64,000 nucleotides of DNA from Candidatus Latescibacterota bacterium (GCA_965206595.1 OZ242214.1:4480001-4544000); one strand, 5' to 3'. Shown: positions 8,455-17,640, counted from the stretch's first letter. Numbers and translations: made by a program. The notes: generated by a model from the letters alone, not told the origin.

Positions 8455-9174
8455 ATGATCCTTGAAGCATTGAATGATCTTTTCACATCAGAATTGCTGG
8501 CTGCCCACCCTGAAGAATGGGGCGTGACCGATCATTGTGATCCGCCTTCCAGCGTAGGGTACGCGACCACGATTACTCCGAGGGCTATTTCGACGGCACT
8601 CGACCGTGGTGCCGACGTAATTGTCACGCATCATGACGCCTGGGATTTCATGTATGAACAAAGAGAGCAGGTATACGATCTCTTACGCGACAACAGCCTG
8701 ACCCATGTATGGGCCCACTTGCCGTTGGACCAGTCCGACTTTGGCACATCGGCTACGCTTCTCTCGAAAATTGGCTGCGTGGAGGTCTGCAAGCCATCGA
8801 AAGGTGAAGTACGCATTGGTGAACTGGATGAATCAACTGACTTCGAGGCGATCCGTTTGAAGCTCGATTCCCTATTGCAGGAACAACCACGTAGCCTCCA
8901 TGATTGGGGTCGAGCCATCCGCAGAATAGGCTGCGTGACTGGGGCGGGCGTCTACACGAGTTACCTCAAGGATGCGATGCCCCATGATATTGACCTTTAT
9001 CTGACAGGAGAGACTAACCTTTACTTATTGGAGTATGCCGTCCACCTTGGACTCAGCGCCCTGGTTTACTCCCACAACTATACCGAGTTGCCAGGAGTCC
9101 ATATGTTCGCAGAGCGTTTTTGCCAAGCTCTTCAACTCGAGATGAAGGGACACCTCGGTGACTCTCACTTCTGA
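8455..9174 (+). CDS. Nif3-like dinuclear metal-centre protein, cassette 7
   Basis: 'ADVIVTHH', 'AHLPLD', 'LYLTGE', 'HNYTE'. Confidence 0.85.
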   Translation: MILEALNDLFTSELLAAHPEEWGVTDHCDPPSSVGYATTITPRAISTALDRGADVIVTHHDAWDFMYEQREQVYDLLRDNSLTHVWAHLPLDQSDFGTSATLLSKIGCVEVCKPSKGEVRIGELDESTDFEAIRLKLDSLLQEQPRSLHDWGRAIRRIGCVTGAGVYTSYLKDAMPHDIDLYLTGETNLYLLEYAVHLGLSALVYSHNYTELPGVHMFAERFCQALQLEMKGHLGDSHF

Positions 9175-9195
9175 TTCGGTAAAGCGACTCAATTC

Positions 9196-9287
9196 GTATA
9201 ACACCGCGGCGTTGCGCTGCGTCGCTGTTGCTCCTTGGCCTCCGGCAATCTGGCAACGCCAGATTCACAAACCGTGAAACGTTATAT
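9196..9287 (+). repeat. attC-like site 7
   Basis: GTATAAC-accg-CGGCGTTGCG ... GCC-tcc-GGC-AATCTGGC-aac-GCCAGATT-CACAAACCG-tgaaac-GTTATAT; same layout as site 1. Confidence 0.82.
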
Positions 9288-9299
9288 GAAATATCTGAA

Positions 9300-10061
9300 A
9301 TGAGAAAAGAAGAATCAATTGACGGAGACTATCTGGCCCCAGCGAAATACGACAAATACTACGACGCGTAGGCTACGCTTCCAGAACGGTTTCTGGCTGA
9401 CCTCGCCTCTCGCGGAAGGGTCCTTGAACTGGAATTTGGAACTGGCCGGATAGCAATTCCCCTGGCGGAGAACGGCCTTGAGGTGACCGGGATCGATTAT
9501 TCCGAGCCGATGGTAAGCCTTGCCAGATCAAAGGCCGAAGACAGACAGGTGAGGGTCGACTGGATCCGCGACGATATACGCTGCTTTGACACCGGTAAGC
9601 GATATGGGTCGATCTTGCTACTGCACAACGCATTATGGCACCTGCACAACCTTTCCGATTTCGAAGAGTGCATTCGCTGTGTGAAGCGTCATCTCCTTCC
9701 GGGTGGTTTCTTCATTTTGGACGTCTTTGTCCCTGGGGTGGAGATCCTCAATCGCGACCCAGGCATTCGGTACCCATTCTCTCGCTACACGGACGATGAC
9801 ACGGGACAAGAAGTGCAGGTTACTCAGTCCTACAGGTATGAAGCAGACACCGAGATCGCGCGCATGGTGCACTACAGAAAGGACTCTGATGAGATCGTTG
9901 GGGGTCTGAATCTCCGGATGTATTTCCCGAAGGAACTGGATGCCTTGCTGAAGTACAACGGGATAAGGATCAAGGAGAAATTCGGGAGCTGGGACCGTGA
10001 CCCCTTTGGGCCGGACTCCAGGCATCAGCTTTGTTTCTGCACCACCATGGAGGACGGCTGA
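9300..10061 (+). CDS. Class I SAM-dependent methyltransferase, frameshifted in its 5' part; cassette 8
   Basis: ATG at 9300; upstream 'VLELE.GTGRIAIPLAE.GLEVTGIDYSEPM' joins ORF 9483..10061. Confidence 0.78.
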
Positions 10062-10334
10062 GCAGCCGGAATCGCATATCGGATATCACTCCAATTCACC
10101 CGGCGTCCGCCGCTCCCCTGAGGCTGTGCCCACCCCGCATGCGCGAGACCGGAATTGTGAGAAAGTCTGGGGACCTTAGGATGAATTGGTCGCGAGATAC
10201 AGGAGATGATACAGGCATGTCCAACCTGAAGGACGGGACCTTCGACAAGCGCGTCGATTACGACCCGGATAGCAATGTTCCTGTCCTGTCCCCGGCATAC
10301 GCAGTGGACTTCGAAGAATTTCGAGAGGTAGGTG

Positions 10335-10870
10335 ATGAAATCTGAATACGTGATGGCGTTGATTTTCGAATTCTGGGCCTTCTGTTGGGACTTCAAGCAG
10401 TAGCCTTCATCCCGGGCATAATGTTGGCGACTTCAGAGCCGTTTTTCGGGGGTTCGCCAACATGGCCGCTCGTGATGCCTCAAGTGCTCGTATGGGTGCT
10501 GTGTCTGCCAGTAGCTTTCGTGTTGTTTCGCTACGAACGATGGCTTGCCAACCTCGTTGTGGCTGAAGACGAGCATCTGGAACTGGCGGGAGTGGCCGTA
10601 GAGACCGCCGATACCCTACCGGTTTTTCGTTTGCTCTTGCGCGTTGTTGGCGCATTCGTTGTTGCCTGGTCGGTGCCCGAGTTGGCCGGTCATGGTTTCG
10701 CCCACGTGATGCTGTACCAGATGAGCGGCCCGCAAATCTGGACTCAGATCGCCCCGGGCGTTGTGAAGCTGGCTATAGGCGTATATCTGCTCAAAGGTGG
10801 GACACACCTTGTACGCTTCGCGTACGGCTCCCAGCCCATATCCGATTACCCAGGAAATGACGAAACCTGA
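10335..10870 (+). CDS. Hypothetical multi-pass membrane protein (5' frameshift)
   Basis: ATG 10335 after GAGGT RBS, shifting into ORF 10385..10870 with about 4 hydrophobic segments. Confidence 0.6.
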
Positions 10871-11005
10871 TTACATGCCAGTCTGGAAAGGCATAAGAAA
10901 GTCGTTTCCGTGAGGAGGTCATTTGTCGTGTAACAGCGCCATTCCGGATGGAGCTTTCACCTTCGCCAGAATGCTTCTTAAGTTCGGGAAACCGGCCGAC
11001 TTGCT

Positions 11006-11362
11006 GTGAGAAGTGCAAGATCAGATCGATCAGAATCGAGGACTCCCGATGAATGGCAGGACAGGTACGTATTTGACACCCAAGGTTACGTGGTGCTTCC
11101 CGACATCCTCACTCATTCCGAGGTTGAGCGCCTCGTCGACGCCTTCCCGAGGGATGACAAAGGCCAGGTCATGCTCGAAGCTCCTGACGACAACTCACAT
11201 CATGACAACAGCATCCAGGGAAGGGTGCTCGATCATCGAGCTCTGATTGAGGCCAGCGTCACCGGCTACCTGGGACGCAGCTGCATGAAGCATCCTGCCG
11301 CCTGGGACATCGGTTCCGTCGGTAGCCTGGGGCCCATCAGGATCGCCCTGATAGGGCACTGA
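11006..11362 (+). pseudogene. PhyH-family N-terminal fragment
   Basis: 'DRYVFDTQGYVVLPDIL' matches the PhyH N-termini in this window; the rest is missing. Confidence 0.5.
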
Positions 11363-11432
11363 TTCTCACCGAATCCGACCGGTATGTCCTCAAGGCAGTA
11401 GGCGATTTGATTGGAAAAAGGGGGCCCTCGAT

Positions 11433-12176
11433 ATGCCAGGTTTCATGTCATGGAAGGAAATGAACTGGCTTCTGCCTGACTTTAATGAGACCGGGTTGAT
11501 CTACCACGGAAGTCAGCCTGAAAATCTGGCTTCTATCTTCCAGAATGGCCTGATTCCCCAATACAATAGTCCCAGAGATGGGCACGAAACAATCTACAAT
11601 GCACACTACCGGTACCGGCCCAAGTCCATTCCAGACTGGGTGGATCCGAGACGATGTATTTTTGGTTACATGAACCGGGCCAGGCAAGGAGGCTGGGGCG
11701 GCATTGTGGATGGAATAGTCAATGGTGTAACCATTGGCATTAAAGCAGCAGATCATATCACTGAGCGGACCTGGACAGCCTGCGTCCGGTTTTCAGATAT
11801 GGTGGACTGCCCGGAGGAGGCAGGGTACTTCGATACGGAGGAGAGAAAAGCCTTTTTCAAGGACAGAATGGAACCGGTTTCGTGTAAAGCATACTGGGAG
11901 ACCAGCCTCTCATTTCACGATAACTTGAAGATTCGCCTGGATCATTTGCTCCCGATGCAGGGAAATCATGAGCTATTGATTTGTTCGGAGATTGATCCTG
12001 GGTTACTAAATCTTCGAGGGTTCAGAGTGCGGGGGGCAAATGGAACACGCGAGGTTGTCAGCAATGACCTGTCCGAGGTGTTTCTGAATGCCGAAGAAAA
12101 GCTTCGGAACAACATGCCAATTGTGGGGGAACTGAAGGCCGTCAGCGAATTCTGCGGCCGTTCGGCCAGCGCCTGA
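11433..12176 (+). CDS. Hypothetical protein with ADP-ribosyltransferase-like N-terminal motif
   Basis: 247-aa ORF with 'IYHGS..ENLASIFQNGLIP'. Confidence 0.6.
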   Translation: MPGFMSWKEMNWLLPDFNETGLIYHGSQPENLASIFQNGLIPQYNSPRDGHETIYNAHYRYRPKSIPDWVDPRRCIFGYMNRARQGGWGGIVDGIVNGVTIGIKAADHITERTWTACVRFSDMVDCPEEAGYFDTEERKAFFKDRMEPVSCKAYWETSLSFHDNLKIRLDHLLPMQGNHELLICSEIDPGLLNLRGFRVRGANGTREVVSNDLSEVFLNAEEKLRNNMPIVGELKAVSEFCGRSASA

Positions 12177-12365
12177 CAACAACGGTTTCCCTTTGAACTG
12201 CGGCGGTATTTGCACGGCCGGGCTCAAAGGTGCGTAACAACCCGGGGAGACCAGAGCCTGGTGACCGCACCCTGAAAGAATGCGGGCAGCTGTGGCGGCC
12301 ATGAAAAACGCAGGTGGGTATTGGCTTGGAGCTGAACCCAACAACGCCAACGAGGAGTCCCGAGA

Positions 12366-12707
12366 ATGAAAGAGATTGCGCCCACACTTCCGGTATCCGA
12401 TGTCCAGAAAGCTGTCGAGTTCTATCGGGGCAAGTTGGCGTTCAGTGTCGGTTTCCAGAATCATCCCGTCTTTGCTTTGGTTCGGCGCGGCGCTGTCAGT
12501 ATCGGTTTGCAGCTTGCTTCGCAGCGACGGCCAGCCGGGACAGGAAGTTGCTACATCTGGGTGGATGATGTCAGGGAAATTTATAATGAGTTGTCCGGAA
12601 GAGGAGTTGAATTCGCAGATGACATCGCGTTTCGCGATGAATATGAAATGACCGACTTCGTCCTCCATGATCCGGATGGGAACCACATCGGGATTGGCGG
12701 AAACTGA
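12366..12707 (+). CDS. VOC/glyoxalase (bleomycin-resistance-like) family protein
   Basis: 'PTLPVSDVQKAVEFY', 'YIWVDDV', 'DPDGNHI'. Confidence 0.88.
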   Translation: MKEIAPTLPVSDVQKAVEFYRGKLAFSVGFQNHPVFALVRRGAVSIGLQLASQRRPAGTGSCYIWVDDVREIYNELSGRGVEFADDIAFRDEYEMTDFVLHDPDGNHIGIGGN

Positions 12708-12807
12708 GGGGGTCATGAATGCGAATCTGGCAGGTTCCATCGCCCTGACTCCACCTCTAAGGCCAATGGGGGTAAAAAGCGGACGTTCTTAGTGGAAGCT
12801 CGATTCC

Positions 12808-13593
12808 ATGGAACTGACCAGAGATGACATTGAAGCGGGCTTTCGTAATCTCGGCCTGAAGGAAGGCGAAACAGTTGAAGTTCATAGCTCATTGAGCAGC
12901 TTGCGCAATGTGCAAGGGGGAGCTGAAACTGTCGTGGATGCCTTGATGAGTGTCGTGGGCGAAAGTGGAGCGTTGGTGATGTCCAACTATCCGCTCACCC
13001 CCCCGATCCCCTTGACTTCCGAGGAGAAATCCAAAGGAATAGGTTGGAAACTCAGAATTCTGACCGAGGACTCAGACGAAAGGACGGTGACCGGCGCCAT
13101 TTCCGACGAGTTTCGCTTCAGAGCTGATGTTGTATGCGGTTCTGGGACCCGTCGTGTCTGTGCCTGGGGCCGGGATGCGGATTTGCACGCCAAGGGATAT
13201 CGACACTTGCTCGAAGTCGATGGGCTGGTTCTTCTCCTTGGTGTAGACATAGATCGATGTTCAAGCATGCATCTCGCCGACGGAGTGAAGGTTACCAAGG
13301 AGGCCAGGGAGCGGATGAATGCAATATGGCCTGATCCAGGGTGCAAAATCACGGACGAAGTCAGGCGGGAATATCCTTCAGATATAATCATTGGCCCCAG
13401 GGAAGGGACATCTGGAAATCCTTGGGAAAATGCCAGACAGGAAGCTGAAAGACGAGGATTGATAAGGAGAGGTAAGGTCGGTCAAGCAGACTGCTTGCTA
13501 TTCAGGGCGAGGGATCTAGTCGGTCTGATTGAGAAAGTTCGTAAATCTGGGCCTTTCAAAGACGCATTGCAGAACATTTTTGACGAGGAATAA
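12808..13593 (+). CDS. AAC(3) family N-acetyltransferase
   Basis: 'LGLKEGETVEVHSSLSSL..VQGGAETVVDAL', 'VLLLGV...SSMHLAD'. Confidence 0.85.
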   Translation: MELTRDDIEAGFRNLGLKEGETVEVHSSLSSLRNVQGGAETVVDALMSVVGESGALVMSNYPLTPPIPLTSEEKSKGIGWKLRILTEDSDERTVTGAISDEFRFRADVVCGSGTRRVCAWGRDADLHAKGYRHLLEVDGLVLLLGVDIDRCSSMHLADGVKVTKEARERMNAIWPDPGCKITDEVRREYPSDIIIGPREGTSGNPWENARQEAERRGLIRRGKVGQADCLLFRARDLVGLIEKVRKSGPFKDALQNIFDEE

Positions 13594-13666
13594 GGATGGC
13601 GCTGATAGCTCAGCGCGGAGAAAGCAGGGCAAAGGTCCAAGACGAACCGCGGCGGACCTGGCCGGA

Positions 13667-15034
13667 ATGACTATGCAATACTTCCAACCTGGCGGCGACT
13701 TCTTCGTCGGCGACTGCATGCCCTTTTACCACGATGGTGTCTTCCGGCTCTTCTACCTTCTGGACGAGGGCCACCACGGAGCACTCGGCGGGTTGGGAGG
13801 CCATCAGTGGGCACAGGCAAGCACGACGGACCTCCTTCACTGGGAACACCATCCGCTCGCCATCCCGATCACCGAGGAGCGTGAAGGTTCCATCTGCACC
13901 GGTTCGGTGTTCTTCCACGAAGGGACATACTACGGTTTCTACGCGACGCGCATGCGCGACAGGACGCAGCATCTGAGTCTTGCGACCAGTCACGAGGGCG
14001 TCCACTTCCAGAAGACCGAACCCAATCCGTTCGCTTCGCCGCCTCCTGGCTACGACCCGGTCCATTACCGTGACCCGTTCGTCTTCCAGGATCGCGGTGA
14101 AGGACTCTTCCACATGCTCGTTACGGCGTGCCTGGAAGACTGGCCCATCGGCGACCGCGGCGGGTGCCTTGCCCACCTGGTTTCCGCAGACTTGAAACAC
14201 TGGGAGAACAGAAAGCCGTTTATCGTGCCGGGTCTGCCGGGGGCGCCCGAATGTCCGGATTATTTCTTCTGGAATGGCTGGTACTATCTCGTATTCAGCA
14301 ACCGCGGGGTCGCCCGCTACAGAATGTCGCGAGAGCCCTTCGGACCCTGGCTTCGGCCGCAGGTCGACGCCCTTGACGGAGCTGCTGCACGGGTAATGAA
14401 GACTGCGCCATTCGGGGACGGCAGGCGCCTTGGTGTTGCCTGGATCGGCACACGCGAGAACAACCGGGACGATGGACCGTTTCAGTGGGGGGGCAACGCC
14501 GTATTCCGAGAACTGATCCAACATGACGACGGCACTCTTGGTGCGAAGTTTCCGGAGGAACTGACCCCTGGCGGTGACCCGCTGTCCGCTCTGCACCTGT
14601 CCGCGCTCGATGCCGATACGAGAGTTGAGGGACGCAGTGTCCACGCAGCAGCTCGGCAAGGCCTGGCAGCGGCCGGCTGTTCCGGCATTCCACGCAATGC
14701 GCGACTGGCAATCCGTGTCCTTCCTCAGCCAGGCTCCCTGGGTTTCGGGCTTCGCCTCCGGGCTGGTGAGACATTCGACTCAGGATGCGACCTGGACTTC
14801 TCACCCTATGACCGGGTCGCCAGGCTGCACGATCAGTGGATATATGGTGTCGATGGACTGGATCGCCCCTTCTCCCTGGAGATAGTTCTCAGGGACGACA
14901 TCATTGACGTTTGCATCGACGGCCGCAGGACGCTTATCGATCGATGTCCGGAAAGGCGGGGCGACCGGATGCTGCTGTATGCGCAGGATTCGGGGGTCAC
15001 GTTTGAGGTTGCCGAGATCGCTGCTCTGCCGTAG
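13667..15034 (+). CDS. Glycoside hydrolase, GH32-like five-bladed beta-propeller
   Basis: 'VGDCMPFY', 'TGSV', 'YRDP', 'PECPDY' catalytic motifs plus a C-terminal beta-sandwich. Confidence 0.82.
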   Translation: MTMQYFQPGGDFFVGDCMPFYHDGVFRLFYLLDEGHHGALGGLGGHQWAQASTTDLLHWEHHPLAIPITEEREGSICTGSVFFHEGTYYGFYATRMRDRTQHLSLATSHEGVHFQKTEPNPFASPPPGYDPVHYRDPFVFQDRGEGLFHMLVTACLEDWPIGDRGGCLAHLVSADLKHWENRKPFIVPGLPGAPECPDYFFWNGWYYLVFSNRGVARYRMSREPFGPWLRPQVDALDGAAARVMKTAPFGDGRRLGVAWIGTRENNRDDGPFQWGGNAVFRELIQHDDGTLGAKFPEELTPGGDPLSALHLSALDADTRVEGRSVHAAARQGLAAAGCSGIPRNARLAIRVLPQPGSLGFGLRLRAGETFDSGCDLDFSPYDRVARLHDQWIYGVDGLDRPFSLEIVLRDDIIDVCIDGRRTLIDRCPERRGDRMLLYAQDSGVTFEVAEIAALP

Positions 15035-15149
15035 CGCAGAGAGAATTGCGGGCCACACCACCCGCCACCAATCCCCAACACCCGGGGAACAGAAGCTGGG
15101 GTTCACAAACAGACAGCCCGTTAGGCGCCAGTCGAGGAAACTCCCGAAC

Positions 15150-15764
15150 GTGAAACGGACGGCCACCAAAATCCCACTCAGGGTGCAGACAACGCGGTTG
15201 GAAACCTTCAACCGCGAACGTCACGCCTGGCCGGTCTCCCTGCGCCGGAAGTGCTCGGCGGATTCGGGGCGAACCTGGGTCTTCACGGATGGTGGCGGTG
15301 ATGGGCGGTTCGGGGCTGTCGTTGTGCGTCCGGGAATCGAAGAACACCGGATGGCGGGACGCCGCGGATCACGGACCAACAGCGTGGTTGCCGAACTCGA
15401 TGGGGTCGTGTTGGGTCTGGAGAATTGCCGACTGGGTGAGAGAATCACGATCGTGTCCGACTATCTGTGGACAGCATACTATATCAACGGCTGGCGCCGC
15501 GTACACCATCCTCGGCTTCGTGAAGGAGTTGTACATGCGAGGAGGCGTCTGGAAAAGCTGCGGGGCGCCGTGTTCGTGCATTACGCGCTGGAAACCGGGG
15601 GCGAATGTGCCTTCAGACGATGGAACGCTGTCGCTCATGACCTGTGTCAAAAGGACATGGTCGGGACCAACTCGCGTACTCCTTGGGACCAGACCAAAGC
15701 GTTGGACATTGTTTCGGAATATCCCCTGAATAGACGGGGACATACCGCATTGTCCCCGGTATAG
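15150..15764 (+). CDS. RNase HI-like protein
   Basis: 'VFTDG', 'TNSVVAEL', 'IVSDY', 'WNAVAH'; start uncertain (GTG 15150 with GAGGA RBS). Confidence 0.65.
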   Translation: MKRTATKIPLRVQTTRLETFNRERHAWPVSLRRKCSADSGRTWVFTDGGGDGRFGAVVVRPGIEEHRMAGRRGSRTNSVVAELDGVVLGLENCRLGERITIVSDYLWTAYYINGWRRVHHPRLREGVVHARRRLEKLRGAVFVHYALETGGECAFRRWNAVAHDLCQKDMVGTNSRTPWDQTKALDIVSEYPLNRRGHTALSPV

Positions 15765-15797
15765 GCAGACACGTCACCTAAAAAGGAAACGCGCAAA

Positions 15798-16565
15798 ATG
15801 GGACACTGCTGGACGCTTGCCCTTGAACAGCAAACGGACCTGACCTCATCCCACGGCTCGGTTTCCGAGTTGGCGGCAGCAGTACGCCGAGGCGCGGATC
15901 TCCGGCTTTACATGACCACGGATCGGTACGAGGAAACCCTCTACTTCCAGCAGACTTATGCCGGTGAGAATGGCGCGTTCGCAGGGCTGATGAGCCACCA
16001 CCACAGCTACGTGCACCGCGGCCAGGACATAGAGCAACCATACATCAGCATCTTCAAATACGACGACTCCGGGAGCTTCTCCCACGTGAAGTGGATGTCG
16101 GGTGATGTGCGCATGGATGAGAGCCAGGCCTATTCGTACGGGATATATCGGTGGTTTATCTGCGACCGCTGGCGAACCGTCTACGAGCACGATGCCGATG
16201 GCAGTCCCGTGCGCGGAAATCTGGAGGAACTGAAAGAGCATGTCCGGCTGGGGCACTCGGTTCAGGTAGGAGTCCGCCAACTGTTCGGTTTGGCCGAGGA
16301 TACCACTGCCGGGCCATCGCACATCTCGTTTGTCACCACGATGCAGCCGCTCATCCGGGATGCCCATGTGCAGTCCAACTGCGACCTCGTTGCGATAGGC
16401 GCCCCGAAATGGCCGTGCACCTGGCGCGACGGCCTCCATGTGGCAGTGATGCTCCCCTCCACGTCCGGTGAGATTCTTTGCTTCCTTGCCGAACCGGGGA
16501 ATCTCCCGTTTAGACGGGTCATGCGCCGGCGCCCCATGCAGTGGATGGTGGCGGAGATGGAGTGA
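15798..16565 (+). CDS. Hypothetical protein with an internal two-fold repeat
   Basis: AAGGA RBS; 'WTLALE...GSVSELAAAVRRGADLRL' resembles 'WRTVYE...GNLEELKEHVRLGHSVQV'. Confidence 0.7.
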   Translation: MGHCWTLALEQQTDLTSSHGSVSELAAAVRRGADLRLYMTTDRYEETLYFQQTYAGENGAFAGLMSHHHSYVHRGQDIEQPYISIFKYDDSGSFSHVKWMSGDVRMDESQAYSYGIYRWFICDRWRTVYEHDADGSPVRGNLEELKEHVRLGHSVQVGVRQLFGLAEDTTAGPSHISFVTTMQPLIRDAHVQSNCDLVAIGAPKWPCTWRDGLHVAVMLPSTSGEILCFLAEPGNLPFRRVMRRRPMQWMVAEME

Positions 16566-16645
16566 ACGCGCGAACCGTTGAATGAACCGCCAAACCCGGA
16601 ATGGGGAACAGGAAAGCGTTGCCGCCGGGAAACCAACCGAGGAAT

Positions 16646-17094
16646 ATGCCAGGAAAACCGATCCAGGTGCTTGTGATTCCATTCCGCATGGGATCTGAGC
16701 CGGAGTTTGCGGTTTTTCACCGTTCCGACGAGGAGATGTGGCAATTCATTGCCGGCGGCGTTGAGGACCGGGAAGACGCAATGCGGGCCGCCCGGCGGGA
16801 GGCGGAAGAAGAGGCGTCCATCCCGAGTGATTTGCCGTTTGTGCGGCTGGATTCGGTTGCTTCCGTTCCCAGGACAGCATTTGAAGAGACGGAGCACTGG
16901 CCGGAAAATCTGCTCTTGTACCCGAGTATTCGTTCGCTGTCGATGTCGGCGACCGAGAGCTGGTGCTATCCTTCGAACACGACGAGGTGAGGTGGGTGCC
17001 TTACGACAAAGCCCGGTGCCTCCATACATGGAACAGCAATCGGGTGGCGCTCTGGGAGCTCAATGAAATGAAAGCCTGCCGCAGACAACAGTGA
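16646..17094 (+). CDS. NUDIX pyrophosphatase, frameshifted near 16915
   Basis: NUDIX box 'GGVEDREDAMRAARREAEEEA'; C-terminus 'PEYSFAVD...EHDEVRW...SNRVALWEL' in a shifted frame. Confidence 0.75.
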
Positions 17095-17239
17095 GGTCTT
17101 CCAGAACTTTTCTGTAGTCTTCCGGGTTCGTAATTCCACAAATAAATCGCTATTCGCCTTGACGCTGATCAGGAGGTCCGAGGGCAGTTTCATTGTTTGG
17201 GGATAATTGGTCCAAACCTTGAGACAGGGAGAAAAGGAA

Positions 17240-17640
17240 TTGTTCGCAAAACTCTTCGTCGTATGCCTCATTGTTGTCGGTTCATGTTTCGGAGTCCAGG
17301 CTGAGCGTCCGGCGGGAATGGTGCTCTATTTCAAGTCCGGAGACGAGGTATTCCTGCTTCTCGCGGATCACCGGGAAAAGGACAGAGGTTGGGCCGGTTA
17401 CGGAGGCGGTCCGGATGAGGGGGAGAGCCAGGCTGAAACGGCGGCGAGAGAAGCGGAGGAAGAGACGAGAGGCTACTTTCTGCGGGATGATCTGCTCGAC
17501 ATGATCAAGGGACAGGAGTCAGTGATAGACAATGGCTTTGCCTTGTACTTCGCGGAAGTCCCCTTTGTTCCCGCACAACTTGTGACCAACAATCCACTTC
17601 CCAGCGACGATGAATCCTACGTTGAAAGAGGTCCGTATGA
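17240..17640 (+). pseudogene. Signal-peptide-bearing NUDIX hydrolase, 3' truncated
   Basis: 'GGGPDEGESQAETAAREAEEETRG'; sequence stops looking like protein after about 17640. Confidence 0.6.

Larger units (their letters stand above)
3594..10061 (+). mobile_element. Integron-like gene cassette array (at least 8 cassettes)
   Basis: Co-oriented, lower-GC single-gene or ORF-less units bounded by GTTA...TAAC and separated by related palindromic sites at 4542, 4966, 5375, ~6139, 7408, 8378 and 9196. Confidence 0.88.

Noticed and set aside
4542-9287. CRISPR array interpretation of the repeated palindromes
   Set aside because: The repeats are 83-92 bp, divergent and separated by 0.3-1.3 kb gene-sized units; there are no cas genes in the window.
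10928-11000. attC-like site starting at GTGTAAC
   Set aside because: No matching L arms, AA..TT hairpin or downstream ACGTTA.
12170-12250. attC-like site after the ART-like gene (GCCTGAC...CGTAAC)
   Set aside because: Only a short CTTTGA/TCAAAG stem; no GTTA core in the right orientation.
15073-15126. Canonical attC (CCCCAAC...GTTAGGC)
   Set aside because: The arms pair poorly and no matching end was found after the downstream gene; at most a remnant.
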